DNA of 64,000 nucleotides from Treponemataceae bacterium (GTDB lineage: Bacteria > Spirochaetota > Spirochaetia > Treponematales > Rectinemataceae), in the NCBI GenBank assembly GCA_963667725.2, contig CAXXHO010000004.1, positions 1-64,000 on the forward strand. Reading direction: 5' to 3'. Below the pieces are notes generated by a model that ran no database searches, was not told where the DNA came from, and worked only from the letters and a program-made list of their open reading frames with translations. Positions 48,929 to 58,928 of the stretch are shown here, piece by piece; position 1 is the first letter of the stretch; the number at the start of each line of letters is the position of its first letter. A program made the translations under genes and the position numbers.

Positions 48929-49047
48929 ATTACCCTCCTATAAAATATTGAAAATGCAATTAATTTGCAAATGAATGCTATTTTATAAATGGCAACTAAA
49001 ATCTCTTTTTTTTGTTTTTAATTTTAAAAACTAATTTTCATATGTTT

Positions 49048-49785
49048 TTAATCTATCACTAAGTTTTTCCATGGTGAGATATCTATAATATTTTTTTCAA
49101 CACAATACTCTGCAAACATTAAATTAGTCATACTATCAATTTCAATTGATTGTTCATTTGACATAATATATGGATAACTCTTTATTGCCTGAAATGTTCT
49201 GTATAGTTTTAAATATTCAATTCTTGCAAGATAAAAACAACCGTTCATTGTATATTCAGCTTTTTGGTCTTGCCTCCTGATAGAAGACAAATTTGCCATA
49301 GACCTATAAAATTTTGACATTCGACCTTTATTATCTAATTTATTTATAAAACATTTCGCAACATCAACCTCCCTAACACTTAGTACTGTGTCAGCTTTTT
49401 TTTCTATTATTAAGTCAATAGCTTTTTTTAGGTCAATTGGCGTCGCAAATGGAGAAGATGGCTCAAGTAAGCATAAGTATTTATATATTTTACTATCATT
49501 TTTTTCAACCCAATCAATTGTATGTAAAACAACATCAATACTACTTGCAATATCGGAAGCTAAGTAATCAGGCCTTACAAAAGGAACCTCTGCATTATAT
49601 AATTTAGATATCTCAGCAATTTCAAGATCATCAGTAGAGACAATTATACGTCCTTCATGAGCACATTTTTGAGCAGTGATAATTTTATATGCTACTAATG
49701 GTATTCCACCAATTCTTCGAATATTTTTTCTAGGTACCCCTTTTGAACCACCTCGAGCAGCGATTAGAAATAGTATATTGTCCAT
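49048..49785 (-). CDS. neuA: CMP-nonulosonate synthetase (NeuA/LegF)
   Basis: ARGGSKGVPRKN, VSTD, RP..LA.D, SIEID. Confidence 0.9.
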   Translation of the reverse strand: MDNILFLIAARGGSKGVPRKNIRRIGGIPLVAYKIITAQKCAHEGRIIVSTDDLEIAEISKLYNAEVPFVRPDYLASDIASSIDVVLHTIDWVEKNDSKIYKYLCLLEPSSPFATPIDLKKAIDLIIEKKADTVLSVREVDVAKCFINKLDNKGRMSKFYRSMANLSSIRRQDQKAEYTMNGCFYLARIEYLKLYRTFQAIKSYPYIMSNEQSIEIDSMTNLMFAEYCVEKNIIDISPWKNLVID

Positions 49786-49834
49786 ATCTTCTCCTAAATA
49801 TTCATTATCATATTATAGTATAAAATAATCAACA

Positions 49835-50376
49835 ACCTCGCAGCAAGCTGCGAGGTATGAAGACAATTTACTCGAATAGCTTTAGCTGTTTATTCTCGTA
49901 CAGTTGCTCGTACTCTTTGGGATCTCTTCCCTGATTCTTTACATATTCCATTATTGTGTCTTCATTCCCATATTTCCCGACACTCCCTACATAGTAGCCG
50001 CTTGTCCAAAATTCTCCACCCCATAGTATCTTCTTTACTTCCGGTCGTCGCTTGAATACTTCTCTAGCCGTTATACTTTTTATAATTTGTATCACTTGCT
50101 TCGGGCTCATCATTGGCACTGCTTGTACCAGAAAATGCACATGATTCTTTTCTGTTCCTATTTCCAAGAAATTTATTTCGTACCGATCTGCTATCTCCAG
50201 ACATATTTGCTTTATTGCTTCATCTACTTCTTTCGTTATTACTACTTTTCGATACTTTGCAGGACATACGATGTGATAAATCAATACTGACACATTATGA
50301 CTCTTATGGATGAATTCGCTCATTCTAGATTATACCAGACGCAGCAAGCTGCGAGGAATTAGACCTACAGAGATTA
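49835..50376 (-). mobile_element. IS200-like element (ends approximate)
   Basis: Subterminal hairpins cctcgcagcaagctgcgagg at 49836-49855 and cgcagcaagctgcg at 50340-50353 flank a TnpA. Confidence 0.8.
49868..50323 (-). CDS. tnpA: IS200/IS605 TnpA (Y1 HUH transposase)
   Basis: YHIVCPAKYR, NHVHFL, KS.TAR, FWTSGYY, YVKNQ. Confidence 0.93.
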   Translation of the reverse strand: MSEFIHKSHNVSVLIYHIVCPAKYRKVVITKEVDEAIKQICLEIADRYEINFLEIGTEKNHVHFLVQAVPMMSPKQVIQIIKSITAREVFKRRPEVKKILWGGEFWTSGYYVGSVGKYGNEDTIMEYVKNQGRDPKEYEQLYENKQLKLFE

Positions 50377-50391
50377 ATGCCAAAGTAAGTA

Positions 50392-50603
50392 GAGGTTCCT
50401 GAATAACCCGCTTTAATATTTTTCAGTCCGCTCTCAATCGCCCCATTGGTATTATTCAGGCGTATACTTTGATATTCTGTACATGTTCGCCTTCTAAGTG
50501 CACAACTTATTCATGCTTTTCTTCAATTTCCATACACTTTTCTGGTCTATTATACCATATATTTATTTGTCTGACTTGACTTTATTACTTTTTCAGGAGT
50601 CCC
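50392..50603 (-). mobile_element. MITE / internal-deletion derivative of the IS5 at 31795-35147
   Basis: Both IS5 ends (gaggttcctgaataacccgc... and ...tttttcaggagtccc) joined in 212 bp with only the first transposase codons. Confidence 0.85.
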
Positions 50604-50625
50604 TATTTAATCTACTTCTGTTCTA

Positions 50626-51770
50626 GTGTCCTGTCTTTTACAAATTGCCTAATCTATAGAAGCAACAGCAATGCTATCCATGATCTTGTCTGCTGACTTT
50701 ACCCATTTGAAACGGCGGCCTGAAGCATTCCACGTCTTTATGAAATCGCCTATAGCCTTTTCAAGTTCATCGACACTCGTCCAGCTGTCCCGGCGAATTC
50801 TCTTATTCGTGATTTCTCCAAACCAACGCTCTACAAGATTTAGCCATGACGAATGTGTCGGTATAAAATGTTCAACAAACCGCCCATTCATGGACTCAAG
50901 ATATTCCCGAACTTCTTTGGTTTTATGCGCTGAATAGTTATCAGCGATGATGTGAAGTGTCTTTCCCTTCGGACTTTTTCGGCTGACCATCTTCAAGAAT
51001 GAAATATAGTCAGCAGCCTTATGCTGTTCTTTGCAGTCACCGATTACTTTGCCACTTAAGACATTCAATGCTGCAAATAGTGTTGTCGTGCCATGGCGGT
51101 AATAATCATGCGTCTGTCGTTCCAGAACCCCGGGCAACAGGGGCAGAATCGGCTGTGACCGCTCCAATGCCTGTATCTGTGATTTTTCATCAACACAAAG
51201 GATTACCGAGTTCTCAGGAGGATTGAGATACAGGCCAACCACATCCTCGAGCTTCTTTTCAAAATCAGGATCAGTGCTGATTTGAAACTGCTTTACCAAA
51301 TGTGGCTTTAGTCCCCGATCACGAAGAATGGTATTTACTGATGAATGCCCAATACCAAGCCGTTTCCCTAATTCCCGCGTACTCCAATGCGTCCCTGATT
51401 CGGGCTTTTCATTGCAGACGATTCTGCTCAATTCGTTTTTCACTTCATCTGAGATTGGTTGTTTCCCTGGAAGCCTGGTCTTATCGCTAAGGAGCGCGTT
51501 TATTCCGCCTTCATTGAATCGCCTGACATACCGGCTTACCGTAATGACGTTGATTCCAATAAATGCAGCGGTGTCATTGGTTGATCGATTTTTCGCTCTG
51601 CTTAAAACCGTTTGGAGCCTGACGGCGTATTTATGCTGAATTGAACCGACCGCCAAGATCTTTTCCATGAGCGCAATTTCATCTTCGGTGATATTCGGCT
51701 TTACTTCTTTTCCCATGAGCTGAGTATAGCATGAATTCTCTATTTATGCTATCTGTTTTGGACAGAACAC
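50626..51770 (-). mobile_element. IS630-family element
   Basis: IRs gtgtcctgtc / gacagaacac flanked by TA. Confidence 0.88.
50649..51716 (-). CDS. IS630 transposase
   Basis: CVDEKSQIQAL, ADNYSAHK, SWLNLVERWF. Confidence 0.93.
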   Translation of the reverse strand: MGKEVKPNITEDEIALMEKILAVGSIQHKYAVRLQTVLSRAKNRSTNDTAAFIGINVITVSRYVRRFNEGGINALLSDKTRLPGKQPISDEVKNELSRIVCNEKPESGTHWSTRELGKRLGIGHSSVNTILRDRGLKPHLVKQFQISTDPDFEKKLEDVVGLYLNPPENSVILCVDEKSQIQALERSQPILPLLPGVLERQTHDYYRHGTTTLFAALNVLSGKVIGDCKEQHKAADYISFLKMVSRKSPKGKTLHIIADNYSAHKTKEVREYLESMNGRFVEHFIPTHSSWLNLVERWFGEITNKRIRRDSWTSVDELEKAIGDFIKTWNASGRRFKWVKSADKIMDSIAVASID

Positions 51771-51852
51771 TAGCAATATTAATACATAGCTAATTAAAGT
51801 ATTTATTAGTTCTTATTTACTTTTACATATAATACTTTAGCATAAATGATGC

Positions 51853-52944
51853 TCAATTTTCATATACAGCTTTAGCGTTTAATCTATCAATTGTGTTTCT
51901 GTATTCTTCCCATTGACCTATATCAATATACTCATTCTCATTAACAGGATAGGTAACAACTGTTTTGCCAGCTTTAATAAGCTCTTCAATAAGGTTTGTC
52001 ATATGAAAAACTTGATTATGCTTAATAAATGCTAAACATTCCTTTTGAAGAATATACACGCCAGTATTAATACAAAAAGAGTATTCAGGCTTCTCTAATA
52101 TTTTATTAACAATACCACCATTCCTGTATTCAATGACACCATAAGGGATAGTTTGATGTTGAATAGAAGATATTATTGTCAAAACTGCATTTGTCTCTTT
52201 ATGGAATTTTAGCACGTTTGCATAATCTGCTTTAACAATAATATCACAATTTGACACAATAAATGTATTATTAATATTTTCAGGAAGTAGGGTAAGGCTG
52301 CCTGCAGTACCATAAAATTCAGGTTCCTTTAAGTAGGTTATTTTATAGCTTTTTTTGATCCCATCAAAATACGCCCTGATCATTTCTCCACGATAGTTTA
52401 TTGTAAAATAGTAATTCTTTATACCATAAAGATAGAAACCATTAATAATATGTTCAAGTATTGTCTTATCATCTATTGGTACTAGTGGTTTTGGTAGAAC
52501 AGCAGTAAATGGTGCCATTCTTGTACCTTTCCCACCAGCCATAATTACCACTGGTATATTAAGCTTTTTCTTCTTTTTAATTATGATAGAACCAGTAGTC
52601 GTCTTCCGAACATAAATATCAATGATTTGCTTCTTTTCATTAACTATAGGAGAATATATAATATTATGTTGTGCCATTCTTTGTAGTAAATCAGATTCTT
52701 TCTCACTTTGAGAAGAAAATATTGTATTTTTATTACAGACATTTTCAATAGCTTCTTGCAAAGAGCCATTCTTAAGTATCCACCGTCGCACATCACCATC
52801 TGTTAACGAACCTATTAGTTTTGTATTCTCATCTATAACAAATAAAATTTTTGATGCTACTTTATCTAGCTGTTTTAATGAATCTTTTACAGTTGCACTT
52901 TTATTTATCAGTAAGTCATCAAGGTTAATACTGCTCATATCCAA
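51853..52944 (-). CDS. CBS-domain nucleotidyltransferase (PtmE/LegX-like)
   Basis: GSLTDGDVRR; MAGGKGTR, PKPL, GTAGSL, SNCD, DIG. Confidence 0.88.
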   Translation of the reverse strand: MDMSSINLDDLLINKSATVKDSLKQLDKVASKILFVIDENTKLIGSLTDGDVRRWILKNGSLQEAIENVCNKNTIFSSQSEKESDLLQRMAQHNIIYSPIVNEKKQIIDIYVRKTTTGSIIIKKKKKLNIPVVIMAGGKGTRMAPFTAVLPKPLVPIDDKTILEHIINGFYLYGIKNYYFTINYRGEMIRAYFDGIKKSYKITYLKEPEFYGTAGSLTLLPENINNTFIVSNCDIIVKADYANVLKFHKETNAVLTIISSIQHQTIPYGVIEYRNGGIVNKILEKPEYSFCINTGVYILQKECLAFIKHNQVFHMTNLIEELIKAGKTVVTYPVNENEYIDIGQWEEYRNTIDRLNAKAVYEN

Positions 52945-53603
52945 ACATCCTTAAGTATTACAAATGCTTCAGCATATTGTCGTCCTATAAAGCTTCCTCT
53001 TAAAGTTGCAAATGCACGGAGGATTTCTTTGCTTCTAGGAAATGGAGCAATTCCATACTCTGATTCGTAAATTTTCATTGCTCTTAATTTTCCTTCAAAA
53101 GTATCTGTAATATCTACATAGTAATTCGGAGAAAAACATTTTTCTGATGGAAAGCAATAATCTGTTTCACTTGGGGTTTCCATCATTAATGCTTTCTTTA
53201 CTGAAGGACATCGGAATGACTTCAAGCAAGAAATTGATGCTTCAAATACCATCCTGTGATCAGATTGAGCATCTCCATAGAACGGCAAATATAAAACCTC
53301 TGGCTGAAACTTACTAACGGCATCAAATATTGCTCCTACCAATTTTCTTTGTCCAATCATATCAAGACAGGTCGTAGGTAATCCAAGCCTTGTTACCTCA
53401 CAAAATTTATAAAATGATTTCACTTTTCGTATTTCAACTTCTCGTTTAGCCATAGTATTTTCAGAAAACCCTAGTTCATTTTTCATATCTGTAACAATGA
53501 GCCAGGAAACTTTATCTTTAGCCGCTATGTGTTTGAGAATTGTCCCTCCGCATCCTAAAGTCTCATCATCAGGATGCACAGCTATACACATTATTCGTTT
53601 CAT
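52935..53603 (-). CDS. PIG-L family N-deacetylase
   Basis: HPDDETLGCGG, D..SDH, AEAF. Confidence 0.9.
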   Translation of the reverse strand: MKRIMCIAVHPDDETLGCGGTILKHIAAKDKVSWLIVTDMKNELGFSENTMAKREVEIRKVKSFYKFCEVTRLGLPTTCLDMIGQRKLVGAIFDAVSKFQPEVLYLPFYGDAQSDHRMVFEASISCLKSFRCPSVKKALMMETPSETDYCFPSEKCFSPNYYVDITDTFEGKLRAMKIYESEYGIAPFPRSKEILRAFATLRGSFIGRQYAEAFVILKDVWI

Positions 53604-54072
53604 ACTTTCCTTTTTTTGACCATATTTTTTTGAAAGTGGTAGAGTAGTAGATATAAATCTAGATTAATATTTTGAAAACATTACAGTTATTCTTAATAAG
53701 AGTATGGATATTTTCCTTGTTGATTCTATTAATTTATCTAAAATTTATTTTGTGTAAAATATTTTCCATTTTAGTAATAATATTCTATGCATTAACGGAA
53801 AAACAAATTTTTTTTATTGAGTAGCAATTTAATACGATACCATTTAATACATTGTAGTAATAATATAAATTTATACAAGCAATGCGTTCTAACTTTATTT
53901 TTCAAGATATTCCATTAACCAAGATATATAACTCAGTATTATTTATAAAATTACTATATTTTACGTCGTTAAAATATATTATTTTAACTGCACTACTTAG
54001 CTTGCTTTTTTATTACTATTTATTCTACATACCTTATTAATGGGTTAAAGCACAAATTATATAGCCACATTT

Positions 54073-54969
54073 TTATAATAAATAGTCCCCAACAGAGATT
54101 GAGTTAGGCAATTCATGTTTGCAGATCCTTACTATGCTATCATATGAAGCAACATCGATAATATTTTTCACTCTATCAATTGCTAGCACTTTTCCAGGTT
54201 CAATATTTTTTGGTTTTAAAATACTTGATAGTGCGGCGTCCCAGACTTTAAATGACTCTCCAGATATTACAACAAGTGCTCCAGGATAGGGGTGTGATAA
54301 TGCTTTAACAAGCCTAACAATTGCTATCCCATTCATACGCCAATCTATTACGCCATCTCTAACATCACGTTTTCTCCATTCATTTCCTTCACCAGGAAGC
54401 TGCGGTCGAAATTTTATTGTCCCAGACTCTATTTTAGATAAAGTACTAATTAGTTGATTTGGTAAAACATCAAGTATCCGATTATATAATGTACAAGCAG
54501 TATCATTTTCAGCAATTTTAATGATCTTTTGGTCAAGAATATCACCAAAATCAGCTCTCTCTACAAGTTTGAATATTGTCGATGCAGTTGCTTGAAGTCC
54601 AAGGAATAATGCCCAGATCAATGGATGTCTTCCACGATTCATCGGTAGCTGAGCAGGATGAAACCCAATAAAACCGAATGGAGGAATATCCAATATATTT
54701 TTACCTAACAACTGTGACCAACCTATGCATATACCAATATCCGGTTTTTTTATTTTTATCCATTCTTCTAGTACGGAACTTTCTTTTCTATTCCAATAAG
54801 TAAAAGAAATGTTATTCTCTATACATATCTTCGTAAGATCAATATAATCACTATTATTTAATGAATTTGATCGAGTGATAACTCCGACAATTTCATGATG
54901 TTCATCTTTAATAAGTGAAGAAAGACAGACAAATGAGGATTCTACACAACCAATAAAAATAATTTTCAT
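54073..54969 (-). CDS. Sugar N-formyltransferase (Fmt-like)
   Basis: GFHPAQLP.NRGRHP, DFGDI, IDW, LSHPYPGA. Confidence 0.88.
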   Translation of the reverse strand: MKIIFIGCVESSFVCLSSLIKDEHHEIVGVITRSNSLNNSDYIDLTKICIENNISFTYWNRKESSVLEEWIKIKKPDIGICIGWSQLLGKNILDIPPFGFIGFHPAQLPMNRGRHPLIWALFLGLQATASTIFKLVERADFGDILDQKIIKIAENDTACTLYNRILDVLPNQLISTLSKIESGTIKFRPQLPGEGNEWRKRDVRDGVIDWRMNGIAIVRLVKALSHPYPGALVVISGESFKVWDAALSSILKPKNIEPGKVLAIDRVKNIIDVASYDSIVRICKHELPNSISVGDYLL

Positions 54970-56150
54970 TATAAGCTAATCCCTTGTATATCATTTAGAT
55001 CAAAGAATTCCTTTTGTACACTTGGAACTGGAGAATCTCTTAAGAATTGCATTATTTTTAAACATGCTCCTCCTTGCCAGTAAGGATTAGATTCCAATAT
55101 TACAGTATTACTATTCCTAAATTTTAAAGCCTTCTCTATCGCCTCTGCAATTGATGTGCACTCAGCATTACAGTGAAATACTGTTGAAGGAGCTACTCTT
55201 CCCCATTGTCGATAGCCAATATCGACCGATGGTATCCCAAGGGCCGGAGCTTCTAGCAATCCAGATGATGAATTACCAATAACAATATCAACCTTTCGTA
55301 AAAGCCCTAGATATAAATAAGAACCAAGAGATATAGAAAAGAAAAAATTAATTCGAGTTCGGCAAAATTCTTTTAGTCTTTTATTAATTTTTCTGCCTTC
55401 AGAATCTGCATTACTACCCGTAATTATTATTGCCGTATCCCTATATAAATCAAGCTGTGGAAGAAGTACATCTAGGATGCGATCTGATTCACCTTCATTA
55501 AGTGTTTCTGGATGTACTGTAACCAAGAAAATACTTGAATATTTTTTTAAAATAGGTATAGTAATATTTAGTTCTTCATAACTAGCATAAGCACTATTTA
55601 AAATTGCATCAATACCGAGTGCACCTACAAGCTTTACTGATTTAGGGCTTTCTCCCATTTGAATTACTCTTTTACGATATTGCTCCGTAGATACAAAGTG
55701 TAAACTAGCCATTTTTGTGATTGAATGTCGAATGGGATCGTCAATAAGCCCTTGTGTTAATTCACCACCATGAATATGCGCAATTGGAATCCTTTCTACA
55801 GTTGCGGCAATTGCGGCAGCCAGCATTTCGAAACGATCACCAAGAAGAACCAAGATATCCGGTTTTTTTCTCTGAAATGCATCTGCAAAACCTGAAATAC
55901 CCAAGCTAATTGATTTTGCAACTCCTATAGGTGTATCAGAGCTAAGAAGAATTTCAACTTTTTCAGATATATAAAAGCCATCTTCTTCAATTTTTCTGTA
56001 TGTGGATCCAAACTCTGGAGACAAGTGCATACCTGTAACATATAGTAGTAGCTCTACTTTTGGATCTTCCTTAAGAAGTGAAAGCAACGGCGACAGCAAG
56101 CCATACTCTGCTCTAGTCCCAGTTACAACTCCTATTCGTCGAATTACCAT
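54969..56150 (-). CDS. neuC: Hydrolysing NDP-diNAc-bacillosamine 2-epimerase (NeuC/LegG)
   Basis: TGTRAEYG, TGMHL, LGDRFE, HIHGGE, GNSSSG. Confidence 0.92.
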   Translation of the reverse strand: MVIRRIGVVTGTRAEYGLLSPLLSLLKEDPKVELLLYVTGMHLSPEFGSTYRKIEEDGFYISEKVEILLSSDTPIGVAKSISLGISGFADAFQRKKPDILVLLGDRFEMLAAAIAATVERIPIAHIHGGELTQGLIDDPIRHSITKMASLHFVSTEQYRKRVIQMGESPKSVKLVGALGIDAILNSAYASYEELNITIPILKKYSSIFLVTVHPETLNEGESDRILDVLLPQLDLYRDTAIIITGSNADSEGRKINKRLKEFCRTRINFFFSISLGSYLYLGLLRKVDIVIGNSSSGLLEAPALGIPSVDIGYRQWGRVAPSTVFHCNAECTSIAEAIEKALKFRNSNTVILESNPYWQGGACLKIMQFLRDSPVPSVQKEFFDLNDIQGISL

Positions 56151-57148
56151 TCAATAGCCTCGCCTTCATCATATTCACGACTGGCCTCTCTTCCAATAAC
56201 CCTATCCCATTCCATTGGACTAATTCCTGTGGCAGGGCGTTTGGCAGTAAGGTTATTGATAGAAAATTTTTCACCTGTATTAATCTTTCTTGCCGCTACA
56301 ATCGATTTGCGAACAACTACTCTATTCTGGAGTTCTGATTTCATAGGGCGCTTAATTCCATCTCCGAGAGAGACTTGAACTGCTCGAATACCAGAAACCA
56401 TTTCTTTGAGCTCTTTTGGTTCGAGACTAGCTCTATGATCTGGGCCTTCCATTTTTTTATCAAGTGTAAAATGCTTCTCAATAAGAACAGCTCCGAGCGC
56501 AGTTGCGGCTATCGGTATTGCAATTCCTGGGGTGTGATCAGAGTATCCGAAATCGACCCCGAAGGCTTTGCCCATTATTACCATTGCATTAAGATTCACC
56601 TCATTGAAAGGTGTAGGGTACTCTGTTGTACAATGAAGAATCGTAATCTTTTTACGCGGCGTTCCCGATTCTTCTAATGCCAACAATGCTGACTCAACAT
56701 CAGCGAGGCACGCCATTCCCGTTGAAAGTATTATCGGCTTATTAAAAGAACCAATCTTTCTCAAAAAAGGAAGATTGGTGATTTCACCAGAGGGAATTTT
56801 CCAGATACGAACACCTATATTATTAAGCAAATCGATACTTTCTAAGTCGAAAGCTGTAGATAAAAATTCTATTTTTTTTTTCTCACAATATCTCGCAAGA
56901 ATATAAAATGCTTCTCGACTCAGTTCTAGATTCTTTATCATCTCAAACTGATTCTCTTTTGTCCCAGTTGAGATCTTTTGATACGCTGCTTTATCTGTAT
57001 TAGTGTTTAATAACTTATCTGCTTTAAATGTTTGGAATTTTACTGCATCAGCACCTGATTCTTTCGCTACATCAATGAGACGCTTCGCAATCTCTATGCT
57101 CCCATTATGATTAACGCCTGCTTCTGCGATGATGTATACCTTTTTCAT
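56144..57148 (-). CDS. neuB: Nonulosonate synthase (NeuB/LegI)
   Basis: IAEAGVNHNG, KFQ, KIPSGE, LHCTTEYP, GYSDHT, IEKHFTLD, SAF domain. Confidence 0.95.
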   Translation of the reverse strand: MKKVYIIAEAGVNHNGSIEIAKRLIDVAKESGADAVKFQTFKADKLLNTNTDKAAYQKISTGTKENQFEMIKNLELSREAFYILARYCEKKKIEFLSTAFDLESIDLLNNIGVRIWKIPSGEITNLPFLRKIGSFNKPIILSTGMACLADVESALLALEESGTPRKKITILHCTTEYPTPFNEVNLNAMVIMGKAFGVDFGYSDHTPGIAIPIAATALGAVLIEKHFTLDKKMEGPDHRASLEPKELKEMVSGIRAVQVSLGDGIKRPMKSELQNRVVVRKSIVAARKINTGEKFSINNLTAKRPATGISPMEWDRVIGREASREYDEGEAIEW

Positions 57149-57777
57149 CCAATCTTCCTCGCAGGACAACCTACATAGGTACCACTTTCTATTAAGTCAG
57201 ATACCACTATGGAACCTGCACCAAGAATTATACTGTCTCCGACAGTCACGCCATTACAGAGAACAGCTCCACTCCCTAGAAAACATCCTTCTCCTATGTG
57301 GCATCCTCCGTTGGTAATCACTCCGGTAGAAATGTGGCAATGAGAACCAATTGTAGTATCGTGTTCCACAATTGCACCAGTATTGATAATACAATTAACG
57401 CCGATATGAACATTCGCATTTATAAAAACATTATGGAGAACAATTGTTCCATCCCCGAGTTCTGTATAGTGAGATACTCTAGCAGTTGATGCAACTATTG
57501 TCGGTAATTTAAAGCCTGCATCAATTAATTTTAAATACAACTGTTGGCGAATTTTTACAGACTTAATTTGTCCTACCGTGATAATTGCTGCATTACATCG
57601 CTTTACCAAAGATTTTAAGTCGTTGTCGGAACCGATGATCTTATAACCGAGTACAGTTTCACCAATCCGTTCAACATTATCTACTATACCGATAATATCC
57701 CATTCCTTAGTAGATTCGATCGCCTCTATGCAAGAAATGCAATGTCCCCCGCCACCAACTAAGACAATCCTTCTCAT
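57145..57777 (-). CDS. NeuD/PglD-type acetyltransferase
   Basis: GGGGH, NTGAIVEHD, hexapeptide repeats. Confidence 0.9.
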   Translation of the reverse strand: MRRIVLVGGGGHCISCIEAIESTKEWDIIGIVDNVERIGETVLGYKIIGSDNDLKSLVKRCNAAIITVGQIKSVKIRQQLYLKLIDAGFKLPTIVASTARVSHYTELGDGTIVLHNVFINANVHIGVNCIINTGAIVEHDTTIGSHCHISTGVITNGGCHIGEGCFLGSGAVLCNGVTVGDSIILGAGSIVVSDLIESGTYVGCPARKIG

Positions 57778-58928
57778 GGAATTCTCACACTGCTAGGGAT
57801 ATTAACTATTCGATCCTCAAGCCATTCTGCGTTTGGTACTTCTATACGGTAACATTTGGCATAAGGTGGCAACTTATGCATTAATGTCCATACAGGTCTA
57901 GTCTGCACACCATGATCATTTGAATATTCTAGGAAAGCTTCTCGTTCATTACGGTCCGAAAGAATGATCGCATTGAGCCAGTAATTTGACCGGGCACCAA
58001 CTGGCTCTGTAAAAAAAGACTGCCCGATTGAATTAAAAAAAGTTTTATACTTTACTGCTGTCTCGCGCTTGTTTTCTATTGTTTGCCTTAGGTACTCCAT
58101 TTGTGCACACCCAATTGCAGCATTAACATTAGGAAGCCTTAGGTTGTATCCAACTTCTGTGTGGTAGAATTCCCAACGATGTTTACGCTTTGCAGTAGTG
58201 CTTATATAACGAGTTCGCTCAGCAAGATCATCATCATTTGTGATGACCATACCGCCACCGCCAGTCGTAACAGGCTTATTGCCATTAAACGATAAGATAG
58301 CTGCCCGCCCGAAAAGGCCTGTATGTTTACCAGAATACATACTACCTAATGATTCAGCCGCATCCTCAATAAGCTGAATACCATATTCTGAACATATGGA
58401 TACTATCTCATCGATTCGCACTGGATGACCAAAAGTATGCATCGGTATAACTGCGGCAATGCGACGGCCGGTATTTCTATTATAGACTCCATCTTTATTA
58501 CGTTCACCATTCTCTTCAAGATACAAGTGCAAACTGTCAGGACTCATACCGAGAGTAGTAAGATCCACATCAACAAAGGCAGGGTCAGCTCCAACATGCC
58601 TAATACTTGCCGCGGTCGCTGCGAATGTAAGGGTCTGAGTAATTACTTCATCACCAGACTTCACTCCAGCAGCAATAAGAAGCATTTGTAACGCTGCTGT
58701 ACCGTTTACCATAGCGACCGCATTTCGTGCTCCTGTCACACTTTTTATATGCTCTTCAAAATCAGAGACAAATCTTCCCACATAAGAAACATATGTACTG
58801 TCTATGCATTCTGCCAAATATTTATTTTCATTTCCAAGAAATCTTGGAGCATGAAGCGGAACAGGATTATCTGTGGGATATAATGTTTTAATAAAATATA
58901 GAATGTCTTTGATCTTTTTTTCTGTCAT
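57774..58928 (-). CDS. legC: LegC-family DegT aminotransferase
   Basis: PLHAP, NGTAAL, HTFGHP, EDAAESLG, SFNGNK..TTGGGG. Confidence 0.9.
   Translation of the reverse strand: MTEKKIKDILYFIKTLYPTDNPVPLHAPRFLGNENKYLAECIDSTYVSYVGRFVSDFEEHIKSVTGARNAVAMVNGTAALQMLLIAAGVKSGDEVITQTLTFAATAASIRHVGADPAFVDVDLTTLGMSPDSLHLYLEENGERNKDGVYNRNTGRRIAAVIPMHTFGHPVRIDEIVSICSEYGIQLIEDAAESLGSMYSGKHTGLFGRAAILSFNGNKPVTTGGGGMVITNDDDLAERTRYISTTAKRKHRWEFYHTEVGYNLRLPNVNAAIGCAQMEYLRQTIENKRETAVKYKTFFNSIGQSFFTEPVGARSNYWLNAIILSDRNEREAFLEYSNDHGVQTRPVWTLMHKLPPYAKCYRIEVPNAEWLEDRIVNIPSSVRIP

Noticed and set aside
49835..50376. IS605-type element with TnpB/omegaRNA
   Set aside because: No TnpB ORF; only TnpA lies between the hairpins.
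53604..54072. Hidden gene in AT-rich gaps (also 37442-37789)
   Set aside because: No ORF of 60 aa or more and no recognisable motif; could be decayed sequence but cannot be supported.
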